From: a virus
Reading direction: 5' to 3' (one strand)
DNA: 64,000 nucleotides
Virus record (IMG/VR): IMGVR_UViG_3300047476_000597
Coordinates: 1-64,000 of that record
Shown here: piece after piece, positions 30,511 to 40,100 of the stretch
How positions within the stretch are numbered: the stretch's first letter is position 1
How the letters are laid out: each line of letters opens with the position of its first letter
Notes under the pieces: generated by a model
Database searches by the model: none
Seen by the model: only the letters and a program-made list of their open reading frames with translations
Told to the model about the DNA's origin: nothing
Position numbers and translations under genes: made by a program

Positions 30511-31161
30511 CTACAGCTCCTGTGTCATTATCACATATTTCTCAATAAGAGCGTTATACTCTTTGTGGAACCCTAGCAACAGTTTTTTACTGTCATTGCT
30601 CAGATCCTGTGGAAACTCTGGTAGCTTAACAGCATCTAGTGTTTCTATGATGAGTATCTTTTCTTGCATTTGCTGCTTGAACTCACTGATACTCATGGCC
30701 TTTTTCTTACTAGCTGTAGTGGCTACATTAGGACCTCTCTTTCTTACTGTTGTACCAGCTGCTGGTGTTTCTGGTTTCTGTTCTACTGTTGATTCCATTA
30801 TTGGTTGTTTTGGTTGTTCTATTACTGTTTCTTTCTTTTCTTCTACTGTATCTTGCTTGAATGGAAGATCATCATCCTCATCTGTAACAACAGGTGCAGC
30901 CGATTGTTCATTCTCAGCTACTATGAACATAGCAGTGATCTCTTCTTTTAAGAACTCAGCCTCATCAGGAGTCAACCTATTGTCATCTACCTGAGAGTCT
31001 ATATACGACTCTATCTTTTTCTGTGAGTATTCCTCGTTCCACATCTCTACTACTCTACTAATCACTATAGGATTAATATCATCTGTATTCATTATTACTA
31101 GCCCATCTGTTGCATCTAATATGCAGTTATCAGTTTTTGCATTATATATCCACTTCTTCAT
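30511..31161 (-). CDS. Hypothetical protein with acidic DDDLPF-containing linker
   Basis: ORF track. Confidence 0.7.
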   Translation of the reverse strand: MKKWIYNAKTDNCILDATDGLVIMNTDDINPIVISRVVEMWNEEYSQKKIESYIDSQVDDNRLTPDEAEFLKEEITAMFIVAENEQSAAPVVTDEDDDLPFKQDTVEEKKETVIEQPKQPIMESTVEQKPETPAAGTTVRKRGPNVATTASKKKAMSISEFKQQMQEKILIIETLDAVKLPEFPQDLSNDSKKLLLGFHKEYNALIEKYVIMTQEL

Positions 31162-31186
31162 TGTTGTTATATTGTTTTAGTTACGA

Positions 31187-32164
31187 TTAATAGTCAAAAG
31201 ATACTGGTGCATTACTAGTTGTTGCAGCTGGTGTACTACTGCTCTCATGCCTAAGAGTCTCATTAGTAGTCTGTATAGGAGCAGCACTACCTGCTTCATT
31301 AGGGTTGTACACCTTTAATAGTCCTAGGTGATATATATGCTTAGTAGGATAAGCACCTTCTAGTTTCTCATTAATATACTTTTTAAGAGTAGGATTATTA
31401 TTCCAGCTATTAGAAGCCTCACACACTTTAATAACATCCAATGTTGGCAACCAGCGATTACCATCTTTTATTGTCATAGGGAATACTCCAAGAATATTCT
31501 GATAGTACTTCACATTGTTATCTTTATCAGTACCAGTAGTTACTGTAGCGTGGGCTATTACATTAGTAACATAATCACTACCAATAAGATGTTTTAGTTC
31601 TTCTCTAACAAACTTATCGATATTTTTAAACAACGCTTTCTTGTTTATGCGAATATCAGCACAAACACCGTCTTCATCTGGTTTAGACAAACCTACACGA
31701 CCCAGCCATTTACTAGTAAACTCATATAGTCTAGCCTCACCTTCTATAGCCTCTCTAATATCTCTTTCAGCTATTACATTATCTTCTTTATCAGTAAAAG
31801 CAGTAAAGAACAATGGAAACCCTTTTTCTGTTTTATAAGAGCTCATACCAGACTGATTAACATACTGTGTGTTACCTTTCTCGGATACACAAGGTTTATC
31901 TATCAACATAAACTCTTTCTTCATTGGTGGTAGCTCTTCATTTTTTGGTTGTAACCAAAACACCAGTTTTACGTAGTCTTCTTTTTTCTCTTTTGTGGTA
32001 CCTTCATATACCAGTTCCTTAGCATCTTCTTTTGGTGTATATCCCTGCAGTTCTGCTAGTTCTGTTAGTGTTGGGTTGATTGCTACTACTGTACCTTCAA
32101 AGAACCCGGTATAGACATCTCTACTACCATAATCTACTACCTGTTTTGCTTTTCCTAGTTTCAT
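31187..32164 (-). CDS. Putative single-stranded DNA-binding protein (crAss-like)
   Basis: YTG..VVAINPT..EL, KLVFWL, QYVNQ.G; position between primase and AAA ATPase. Confidence 0.6.
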   Translation of the reverse strand: MKLGKAKQVVDYGSRDVYTGFFEGTVVAINPTLTELAELQGYTPKEDAKELVYEGTTKEKKEDYVKLVFWLQPKNEELPPMKKEFMLIDKPCVSEKGNTQYVNQSGMSSYKTEKGFPLFFTAFTDKEDNVIAERDIREAIEGEARLYEFTSKWLGRVGLSKPDEDGVCADIRINKKALFKNIDKFVREELKHLIGSDYVTNVIAHATVTTGTDKDNNVKYYQNILGVFPMTIKDGNRWLPTLDVIKVCEASNSWNNNPTLKKYINEKLEGAYPTKHIYHLGLLKVYNPNEAGSAAPIQTTNETLRHESSSTPAATTSNAPVSFDY

Positions 32165-32197
32165 TTTTTGTTTGTTTTTAGTTGTTTGTTTAATTTA

Positions 32198-32923
32198 TTA
32201 TATTGTATAGTATTTCTCAATAGAGTTGAATATAAACATAGCATCGTTTGGTATTTCTAGAGGGGTTTCTCCATAACCATCTTTAGAGAACATACCTTCT
32301 GGTACTTTTGTAGAAGTATCTTCTTCAAACGTCCTAAGAAAATACTGAGGCTTATTGTCTTTTATTCTTGTATCTGTATACAGTATTACAGAGTAGTGTT
32401 GCTCTATCTTGCCTTCAAACTCCTTACCATGAGTAGACATTCTTCTTACCTTGTCTCCTTCGTTGAGTTTTATTAGTTCATCGTGAGATATTACTATGAT
32501 GTCTTTCTGTATATTTTTTATCAGTTCAAGATACTCATATACTTGTCTGTTGTAGTTTTTATATACATCAAAACCAGTAAAAGAGGTTCCCATTTCTCTT
32601 ATCAACACATTAAACGCCATAGTTTGACTATCTATGATAATAGTTTTTACAGCTGGATTGTTACCGTAATCTTCTAGATTCTTCTTAAACCCTATCCATG
32701 TTTTGGGCTGTCCTATGAATGTGAATGGAGTTTCTTGTCTGTATGGAAGGGGTTTTCTTTCCATATTGATGTAACCAGTAGTAAGATGGTCAGCTGTCTT
32801 AGATAGATAGCTCTTACCAGTACCAGATTGACCAACAATAGCTACTTTACAATAAAAGTTTCTTGTTGTCTCTTTTTGTTTTTCTTGTGGCAGTATTACA
32901 CTGTCTGTTTTTTGTTCTGACAT
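32198..32923 (-). CDS. AAA_24 / Sak4-like P-loop ATPase
   Basis: IVGQSGTGKS, ERKPLP, IIIDS, IVISH, KVPEGMF..EIPND. Confidence 0.82.
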   Translation of the reverse strand: MSEQKTDSVILPQEKQKETTRNFYCKVAIVGQSGTGKSYLSKTADHLTTGYINMERKPLPYRQETPFTFIGQPKTWIGFKKNLEDYGNNPAVKTIIIDSQTMAFNVLIREMGTSFTGFDVYKNYNRQVYEYLELIKNIQKDIIVISHDELIKLNEGDKVRRMSTHGKEFEGKIEQHYSVILYTDTRIKDNKPQYFLRTFEEDTSTKVPEGMFSKDGYGETPLEIPNDAMFIFNSIEKYYTI

Positions 32924-32948
32924 ATTGTTTATTTTTTGTTTTTAGTTT

Positions 32949-33230
32949 TTATACAAAACAAGCTAGATAAGAAGCATCTTCTATCATCCAGTTTAGTTTT
33001 CTTAGTTTTATTACATCTTCTTCTGTTATACCAGCTGCTATCAGATCGTCTATATCTGGGCCATATATTATATCATGACCAGCTGCTTGTAGTATCTCGT
33101 TTTCTGTAGGATCAATGTATTTAGCTATTATCTACATACCTTGAAAGGCGTTATCACCACTCCATTCTGCTTTATATAGCTCTTCATCATCGTGTAGTAT
33201 CTCTATTACTCTTTCTTCTGTTAGTTGCAT
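32949..33230 (-). pseudogene. 93-codon ORF interrupted by one in-frame TAG (33132-33134); not in ORF track
   Basis: MQLTEERVIEILHDDEELYKAEWSGDNAFQGM*IIAKYIDPTENEILQAAGHDIIYGPDIDDLIAAGITEEDVIKLRKLNWMIEDASYLACFV. Confidence 0.65.
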
Positions 33231-33240
33231 ATTGTTTGTT

Positions 33241-34027
33241 TTATTCGTTTTCTTTATTTTGTTTTAAACCCTCTTGTAGTTGTTTTATAAGAGTTTCAGT
33301 TTGTTCTGTTGTTAGAAACCAATCATGCCAATTATCTTCTCCAGTTCTTGCTAGAGACAACATAATATCCCTATTATGACGTACACAACCTTGTACTTTT
33401 TTGTTGTAAACTACTAGATGTTCAACAACATCGTCTACATGTTTTACTTGTCTTTCCATTGTTTGTATTTTATTGTTTTTATAGTATTCCTGCTATTTTT
33501 AGAGCCTTTTCAGCTACTAGCTCTACTTCCTCATCTCTCCATGTATCTTCTTCATTTTTATCTTTATTGAGGTTGTCCATTGTTTGATAGAGTTCCTGCC
33601 ACTTCATACCATCTTCTATTAGTTGTTTGTAGTGTTCTGTGCAATCTTTCCAACCATTGTTGTATCCATTGTAGTCGTTGTTTATAGCTCCATCTATACT
33701 TCCACACTCAGTTGCATATTGACTAGCTCTTACTCTTATCTGTTCATTTGTTAGTATCATAACCTACTGTTTTATCTTGAATATTACCTTCTCTCCACCT
33801 AGTATTATACGATCTACTACCCACTCAGTACTAGGTATTTTACTACCTACTGATATATACGGACCACCACTAGGATCTATAGCTGTAGGATTCTCTATGT
33901 GTCCATTGATTACTTCTCCTCCTGTTATTCCCATGTAGTGAAGAGTACCTGTCATCTCTACTGTGTCTGGTTCTATTTGTGTGAATAGGATAATATCACC
34001 GTCTCTATTTTTGTACTCTGTTTTCAT
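33241..34027 (-). other. Three hypothetical CDS (33241..33459, 33479..33760, 33764..34027 with IDPSGGPYISVG motif)
   Basis: ORF track. Confidence 0.65.
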
Positions 34028-35529
34028 TATTTTATTGAGTTTTTTATTCTGTTTCTTATTTCTTCTAGTGTTGTTTCTGTTATTACACCATCTTTTAGTA
34101 ATGTTTTTAGTTCACAGTTGTTGACTTCTTTCCATGATACCCGGTCTATTAACATAAAACCACCTATTGGATCTTTATAAACAGCTATCAGTCCTTTTGC
34201 TGATTTTTTAGAGCCACTATCTGTTATCGGGTCTTTGTATATTTCCCTTGGTTGACCAGCTACCTCGCAATATGTGGCTTTTATTGCGCAACCTTGACTA
34301 TCTCTAGTAGCATATCCTAGAGAGTATGAACCAACACCAAACACAACATTAGTAGATGCAAACCCTTTACTTTTGAGTCTTTTACATATTTCCTCTGCTC
34401 TGTCTAGTGTAATAGAATCCCCATATATACAGCCTATGTGAGAATCTAGTACTTTATACCCTTGTTCATTAACTGTACCACCAAAAACATCCCACAGTAG
34501 TTCTACAACACCTTTTTCTTTAGGTAACATTTGTACTTCATTCCAGTTATCTCCTTTATACTCTGAGTGATTAGATACTCTTAAACGTTCTCCGCATATA
34601 ATATCAACAGGATCACCGCTGTCAGGCCGTATTACTATTTTACCATTTCTATTCAGTATTTCATCTTTCAACTGGCAAAGATAGTCAGTACAAACTTTCC
34701 AAAGATCAAAACTATCACTAACAATAGATAGTATACCAGTAGGAAACTGTTTCATTAGTCTTCTGAAACCTTCTATTTCACTTTCTTTTCCATAAGCTGT
34801 CATTACTGCATGTTCACTAGCCGGTACACTAACACCAGCTGAGTATGGTTCATTGTAATAGTACCTAGCAGCTGCAAGAGTAGGTACGGTATCTGTACCA
34901 AAAGAAGAGGTTAAAAACCCAAGACCTGAACTAATAGCAGACTCTGGATGTTGCATACCCCTAAAAGAAAAATCGTGTAGTTGGTAATCTACAAACCACA
35001 TATTGTTACTATCCGTTTCTTTAGCTTCTTTTACTAGTAGTTTTTTGTAGGCATAAACTAAAGAGGCACTATGAAGAGGTTTCCATAATAGACTACTAAT
35101 CAGAGTTTCTAAAAAATTAGTCAACCAAAAAAACTCTGGTAGGGTATTGTGTACTGTTACTATTGGTATTTTTTCTTGCACTACACTACCTTCTGCTAAT
35201 GCCTTTATCTCTATAGGAAGATAGCCTAGGTCATGTAATGCTTCAAAATGACTAACATCATACTCAGAACCAAGATAAGCACTGAGATATTGTCTGGCTT
35301 CTTGACATACTAGATCCTTTGGTTTACTAAAAAACTCTTTGTTATACAAATCTACTATGTATTTTATAGTATACTGAACACCAAAAACCACAATAGCTTT
35401 AGCTTTTTCTGGCATAAAACCAGTGCTTCTAGGAGTAAAATTAGAAAACACTAGTTCTGTATTTTCTGGGTACATAAGATGATGAGATGTTTTATAACCA
35501 TCTGTCATCAATAATGGGTTGTTATTCAT
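34027..35529 (-). CDS. NAMPT-family phosphoribosyltransferase (likely Namat of NARP1)
   Basis: LMTDGYKTSH, FWLTNFLET, LHDFSFRG, VPASEHAVM, SIVSDSFD, VIRPDSGDP, IYGDSIT, KKSAKG. Confidence 0.9.
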   Translation of the reverse strand: MNNNPLLMTDGYKTSHHLMYPENTELVFSNFTPRSTGFMPEKAKAIVVFGVQYTIKYIVDLYNKEFFSKPKDLVCQEARQYLSAYLGSEYDVSHFEALHDLGYLPIEIKALAEGSVVQEKIPIVTVHNTLPEFFWLTNFLETLISSLLWKPLHSASLVYAYKKLLVKEAKETDSNNMWFVDYQLHDFSFRGMQHPESAISSGLGFLTSSFGTDTVPTLAAARYYYNEPYSAGVSVPASEHAVMTAYGKESEIEGFRRLMKQFPTGILSIVSDSFDLWKVCTDYLCQLKDEILNRNGKIVIRPDSGDPVDIICGERLRVSNHSEYKGDNWNEVQMLPKEKGVVELLWDVFGGTVNEQGYKVLDSHIGCIYGDSITLDRAEEICKRLKSKGFASTNVVFGVGSYSLGYATRDSQGCAIKATYCEVAGQPREIYKDPITDSGSKKSAKGLIAVYKDPIGGFMLIDRVSWKEVNNCELKTLLKDGVITETTLEEIRNRIKNSIK

Positions 35530-35539
35530 GTTTTTATAT

Positions 35540-35974
35540 TTAAAACTCTACAGTTTGTTCATTTATATTTTTTCTTTTGCTTCTTACTGAGTATGCAGCA
35601 AACTCCAGAATCTCAAGAGCCTCTTCTAGACCAGCTCTATCATCTACGAATATATTAGCGTATATTTTATTCTGATTACCATAAGGAAGATCTATAGGAT
35701 TATTATTGATAGTATCTATTAACAGGCCTTTTTCTTCACAAAACTGCATAATCTCAGGATGCCTTTCTTCTTTACAAGCAGTGAATACTACTATATAGGC
35801 ACCTACTTCCCTGGCTAGTTTTATTTTTTCTATAGTTTCATCACACTGTGCTTGTGTTTGTAATCTCCAAGAGCTTATAGTATCATCATAGTCCACAGCT
35901 ATAATAATCTTACCATGCATCATCCATTCATCTACTAGACGTAAAACGTATTTATTTTCTTTTAGGTTTCTCAT
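35540..35974 (-). CDS. Cap-less HAD-superfamily hydrolase
   Basis: IAVDYDDTI (motif I), VFTAC, KIYANIFVDDR. Confidence 0.78.
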   Translation of the reverse strand: MRNLKENKYVLRLVDEWMMHGKIIIAVDYDDTISSWRLQTQAQCDETIEKIKLAREVGAYIVVFTACKEERHPEIMQFCEEKGLLIDTINNNPIDLPYGNQNKIYANIFVDDRAGLEEALEILEFAAYSVRSKRKNINEQTVEF

Positions 35975-36795
35975 ATTACTTTATATTGTTTTACTATACT
36001 ATTATCAATGTCTGAGTAGCTGTTAGTGCAGTGTACAGTAGATATATACTCTTTTATAGTATTAAAACCACTGCTGAATATACCATGAGTAACGGCTAAC
36101 ACTATCTCTGGGCAATCTAGCTGTGATAGTTTTTTTGCTATTTCTATGAATGTTCTACCACCATCACATATATCATCTATAATAAGGGCTTTTTTGCCCT
36201 TCATAGACACTAGGTTGCCTACAGAGGTAGTTGTAATATTACCATGTACATCTCTTGTTTTAGAGCATACAATGGGTATTTTATCTATGTGCAGCTGTTT
36301 TAATAGTGAGTATATCTTTTTACTAGCCCCCTCATCTGGGCACACTATCTCATAGTCAGACAGCTGGTCTATTACATGGGCTATAAAAACAGCGTTAGAC
36401 TCTACTACAAGATTGTTTATACAAGCATCTGTAACAGCTTCATTATGAGGATCTAATACAGATACATAAGAGTAGTTCTGACTGTTTATAATAGGAGCTA
36501 TTATATCTTTTAGATAAGATGTTCCTCCCTTTTTAAACTGTCTATCACTCCTTCCACCTAGTAGATAAGGAATAAATACTCCTATATCTTTACACCCTAT
36601 TCTTTTTAGTGCAGCTGTAATACATAACAGTATCTCAATATCTTGAAAAGAATTTATTCTGTGTTGTATTTCTATTTTATCATCTTTTTCTATTTTAATA
36701 GGATCAACCCAAGCATCTTGTTGACTATCAGGAAACCATGTTATAAACACAGTGTCATTGTATATGTTAACACTCTTTCTTTGTTGCATTCTCAT
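35971..36795 (-). CDS. PRPP-synthetase-like protein (likely Adps of NARP1)
   Basis: WFPDSQ, IPYLLGGRSDR, VLDPH, VCPDEGA, IIDDICDGGRTF, VTHGIFS. Confidence 0.88.
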   Translation of the reverse strand: MRMQQRKSVNIYNDTVFITWFPDSQQDAWVDPIKIEKDDKIEIQHRINSFQDIEILLCITAALKRIGCKDIGVFIPYLLGGRSDRQFKKGGTSYLKDIIAPIINSQNYSYVSVLDPHNEAVTDACINNLVVESNAVFIAHVIDQLSDYEIVCPDEGASKKIYSLLKQLHIDKIPIVCSKTRDVHGNITTTSVGNLVSMKGKKALIIDDICDGGRTFIEIAKKLSQLDCPEIVLAVTHGIFSSGFNTIKEYISTVHCTNSYSDIDNSIVKQYKVI

Positions 36796-36997
36796 ATGTT
36801 TTTATTAGTTCCTCATATATACTCTTGTAATCACTATGCTGCCCTACATTCATATCAGGAAACATCTCTCGTTTCATATGGAGGGCATCAAAGATAATCT
36901 GTTTTACTTTTTCATCTTGCATTAATAACAGTTTTTCTTCTGCATCTGTCTTTTTTGGTGGTGGCCATACCATGTCATACATTGAGTCGTCTTTCAT
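36767..36997 (-). CDS. Hypothetical protein
   Basis: ORF track. Confidence 0.6.
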   Translation of the reverse strand: MKDDSMYDMVWPPPKKTDAEEKLLLMQDEKVKQIIFDALHMKREMFPDMNVGQHSDYKSIYEELIKTYENATKKEC

Positions 36998-38169
36998 TAC
37001 GTTGCTTTATTTAGTATTAACGATTTCTTTGGTGGTTCTATTGATGCCTGTGGTGTTTTGAACCACTCACCGGATGTTACCTCTTTGTACAGATACTCTG
37101 GTGGTGGATTATCTGGTGCTGTTCTTGGCAATATTTTCAATGTACCATATTGAGGATGTATACCTAGTGGGTACCCTATGTTAGCTGCACCAAAATTGTT
37201 CTTAATAATATGCATTGATCTAAAATACTCTAACCCTTCTTCATCTTTCATTTTATGAAGATCATAACCAAGATAGTGATGTCCTGACTCTTTAGTTATG
37301 TGTACGTTGGGATTCAATAGAGCTATTACTATATCTGCTGCTTTTTGTGTTTGTGATGTATCTGCAAAATCACTGAGTTTAGGTACCAGATCTCCTAATC
37401 TCTGTCTTTGTGTACTAGATATATCTCTATTTAGGTGTTGTACTATTACTGGTGACATACCATACACATCTCTTGCGTGTACCATAGTTCTATTGAATTT
37501 GTTTACTAATCCTCTTTCATCTAACCCTTGTTCCTGGTCTAGTACAGATGCATTATCGCCTATTACCAGCACTATGTGATTAGGATGATTAGGCTCGTAT
37601 GTATCTGCAGCCAGTATATTATCATAGCTTTTATCCTCTTTATTCTTTTTGTGTATTGTACCATGTCTTTTAGCAAATGCTTCTATGAACATACTGATAC
37701 CACTAGGATTCTTACTACCATTGATACATACTAGCAGATCATCTTTCTCCCAATCATCTAACAGTTTATACCAGCTGCTTACTAGTTCGTACTGACCTTT
37801 AGTTAGCTTAGTTGTATCTCTACCCAATATTCTTTTAGCTGTTATCTCTTCGCCTACACTCTCATATATCTTTCTTGAGACCCATCGAGCTGTGTATTCT
37901 ACCTGTTTTCTTTCCATCAGGAATGAGATTATAGATAGTCTCACACCTTTTGGTTGATTCTGTAGGTACCAGTCTATAGGGTCTGTTATAAACGTTGTCT
38001 GTACCATGGTTGATTTACCAGCTGTAGGTTCACCGCCTATTAGAATCAACCTATTCTTGGTTATCTCTACATGTTTATTGACTCTTTCTAGATTGACTGG
38101 TATACTGATAGTAACATCTGGATTCATTCCCAGTTTGACCGCTTCATCTAGATCTTTTGCTAAACTCAT
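36997..38169 (-). CDS. DnaB-like replicative helicase (crAss-type)
   Basis: LIGGEPTAGKST, FLMER, VIVQHLNR, PKLSDFADT..ADIVIAL, IIKNNFG. Confidence 0.8.
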   Translation of the reverse strand: MSLAKDLDEAVKLGMNPDVTISIPVNLERVNKHVEITKNRLILIGGEPTAGKSTMVQTTFITDPIDWYLQNQPKGVRLSIISFLMERKQVEYTARWVSRKIYESVGEEITAKRILGRDTTKLTKGQYELVSSWYKLLDDWEKDDLLVCINGSKNPSGISMFIEAFAKRHGTIHKKNKEDKSYDNILAADTYEPNHPNHIVLVIGDNASVLDQEQGLDERGLVNKFNRTMVHARDVYGMSPVIVQHLNRDISSTQRQRLGDLVPKLSDFADTSQTQKAADIVIALLNPNVHITKESGHHYLGYDLHKMKDEEGLEYFRSMHIIKNNFGAANIGYPLGIHPQYGTLKILPRTAPDNPPPEYLYKEVTSGEWFKTPQASIEPPKKSLILNKAT

Positions 38170-38180
38170 TCTATTATTTT

Positions 38181-38666
38181 TTATCCACAGTTAAACTCTT
38201 CAAACTCTTGTACTTCCGGCAAAGATACATTCAACCAGTTTCTCCATTGTTTTTGATTTAACCAGGGTTCCATACCAGAGACATACTCCATTTCATTCCT
38301 ACCTTTTCTATAGCTGTCTTCCATTGTATTAGTAAGAAACACCTTAGCTGCTTTTAGTAGCTGGTCTGCAGTTACTTCTCCACTGTCTATTATTCTGTTG
38401 TATTTTTCTCTTAACAGTTCCTCATTCTTTTTGAATGGTTTATTGCAAACAAAACGCTGTTCTTTATACTCAAAAGACCTCATTGATGGCCATTGATTCC
38501 AAAACGCATCCCATTCTTCAGCTAGATGACCGGCTGGTTTAGTTCTTTTTTTACTTTTCTTGTTAACACTCTTCCAGTGCTCATAGGTACACTCTGTTTG
38601 CATACCCAGCTGGAACTGTTTACCATAGAGTAGTATACTCTCAAACTCTTTCTCTGTAACAGCCAT
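38181..38666 (-). CDS. Putative replication accessory protein adjacent to the helicase
   Basis: FWNQWP..WLNQKQW pattern seen in initiator/loader C-terminal domains. Confidence 0.45.
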   Translation of the reverse strand: MAVTEKEFESILLYGKQFQLGMQTECTYEHWKSVNKKSKKRTKPAGHLAEEWDAFWNQWPSMRSFEYKEQRFVCNKPFKKNEELLREKYNRIIDSGEVTADQLLKAAKVFLTNTMEDSYRKGRNEMEYVSGMEPWLNQKQWRNWLNVSLPEVQEFEEFNCG

Positions 38667-38677
38667 AGTCGTGTGTT

Positions 38678-40087
38678 TTAATCTTCATACGCTTCTTTTG
38701 TTGCCTCATATTCAGCATCATCTTCATCTATCTCTATAGTACAACTGTTCATCCATAGTGATGCTAACCATGCTTCTATACTGTGATTGTATATCTTTGT
38801 TTTTCTAGAATCTACTACATCTTCTTTATACCAGACATTACTTATTATATTAGTTTTTTTGTCTATTATCATTTTTATATCATAGCTTTGGTTACTAGAA
38901 TATCTGCTGGTAGATTCTTGTTTCTCTCCTATATTAACCCAGGTATGCCCATAATCAGTTAGTTTTATCTGTAACACTAGCTCCGGGTTTTCATACAGCT
39001 GTCCTCTGTATTTGTTTACTATCTCAGACAGTTTCCAGTTCTGTTTTTCTGGTACAGCCAGTATACTACTGATAGTATCCTTCATCTTTTGTTTGTGTAC
39101 CTCTAGTATACCAACAGCTGACTCCTCTATGACACGTACCATCATTGTTGAGTATGATGACAGCTGAAGAGCATCTAGATTGATCTCTAATTTCTCTTTC
39201 ATTATTTTCTTAACAGAGTCTGCTATATCTTCATATGATGACAGTGCGTTTTCTATTACACCACTCATCATCTTTGTCAGCTGTGTTTCTACCATTTTCT
39301 CTATGGCACCAGACTGTATTTGTTCTTCTATTTTACTTTCGATTATACTCTGTATATCGAGTCCTGTTTTTGTTGTGTTCATTGTTTGTTTTTTATCTTG
39401 TTTAATTTCCGTATAACATTACTCTTTAACCGTATTTCTTCAGCAGCTGTATCAGCTATTGGTCCACTCCATGGATGTTTTACTACCATCTCCCAGTAAT
39501 CCAGTCCTACCTGATGGTGTTTTATTCTTTTATCTATCTCTCTAGTTCTACACCACATTACAGAGAGTTTAAGAGTTCTTCTTTTGTGTGAAACAGCTGC
39601 GATTCTGTATACTTTCCAACACCCATACTTTCCAGCTGGTACACTATTTCTAACAGCTGTTTGCTGTCTACTGGATGTAATTTTTCAGTAATAGTTAGTT
39701 CTCTTACTATAGCTGTCTTAACCTTATCTTGGCTTATTAGCCACACTAGATCTCCTGCTTGGTATTTTGTTTCTATTGTCATGTTTTTTGTTTTTACTTT
39801 TTGTAGAATATGTGATAGGATTCTTCCAGTTTTATAGTTACCGTACTTAAAAAGGCATACTGATCTTGGATAACATTTGGTATTCCTTGATTATCTTGTA
39901 GTACATAGAATCTTCTTGGTTCTAGTAGTTTTCTTTCAGTGTTATACTCATAAAACTGGTACTCTTTAGCCCATACTACTATATTACCCATCTCTGTACC
40001 GCAAGACAGTATTTCTGCATCTACTATCATTAGTACACTATTTTCACCTTTGTATGGTAGCTGGTACTTTGTTATTTGTGCTGACAT
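38678..40087 (-). other. Four hypothetical CDS (38678..39382, 39379..39558 [59 aa, not in track], 39558..39782, 39794..40087)
   Basis: ORF track plus manual translation MWCRTREIDKRIKHHQ.. Confidence 0.65.
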
Positions 40088-40100
40088 GCTTTTTGTATTA

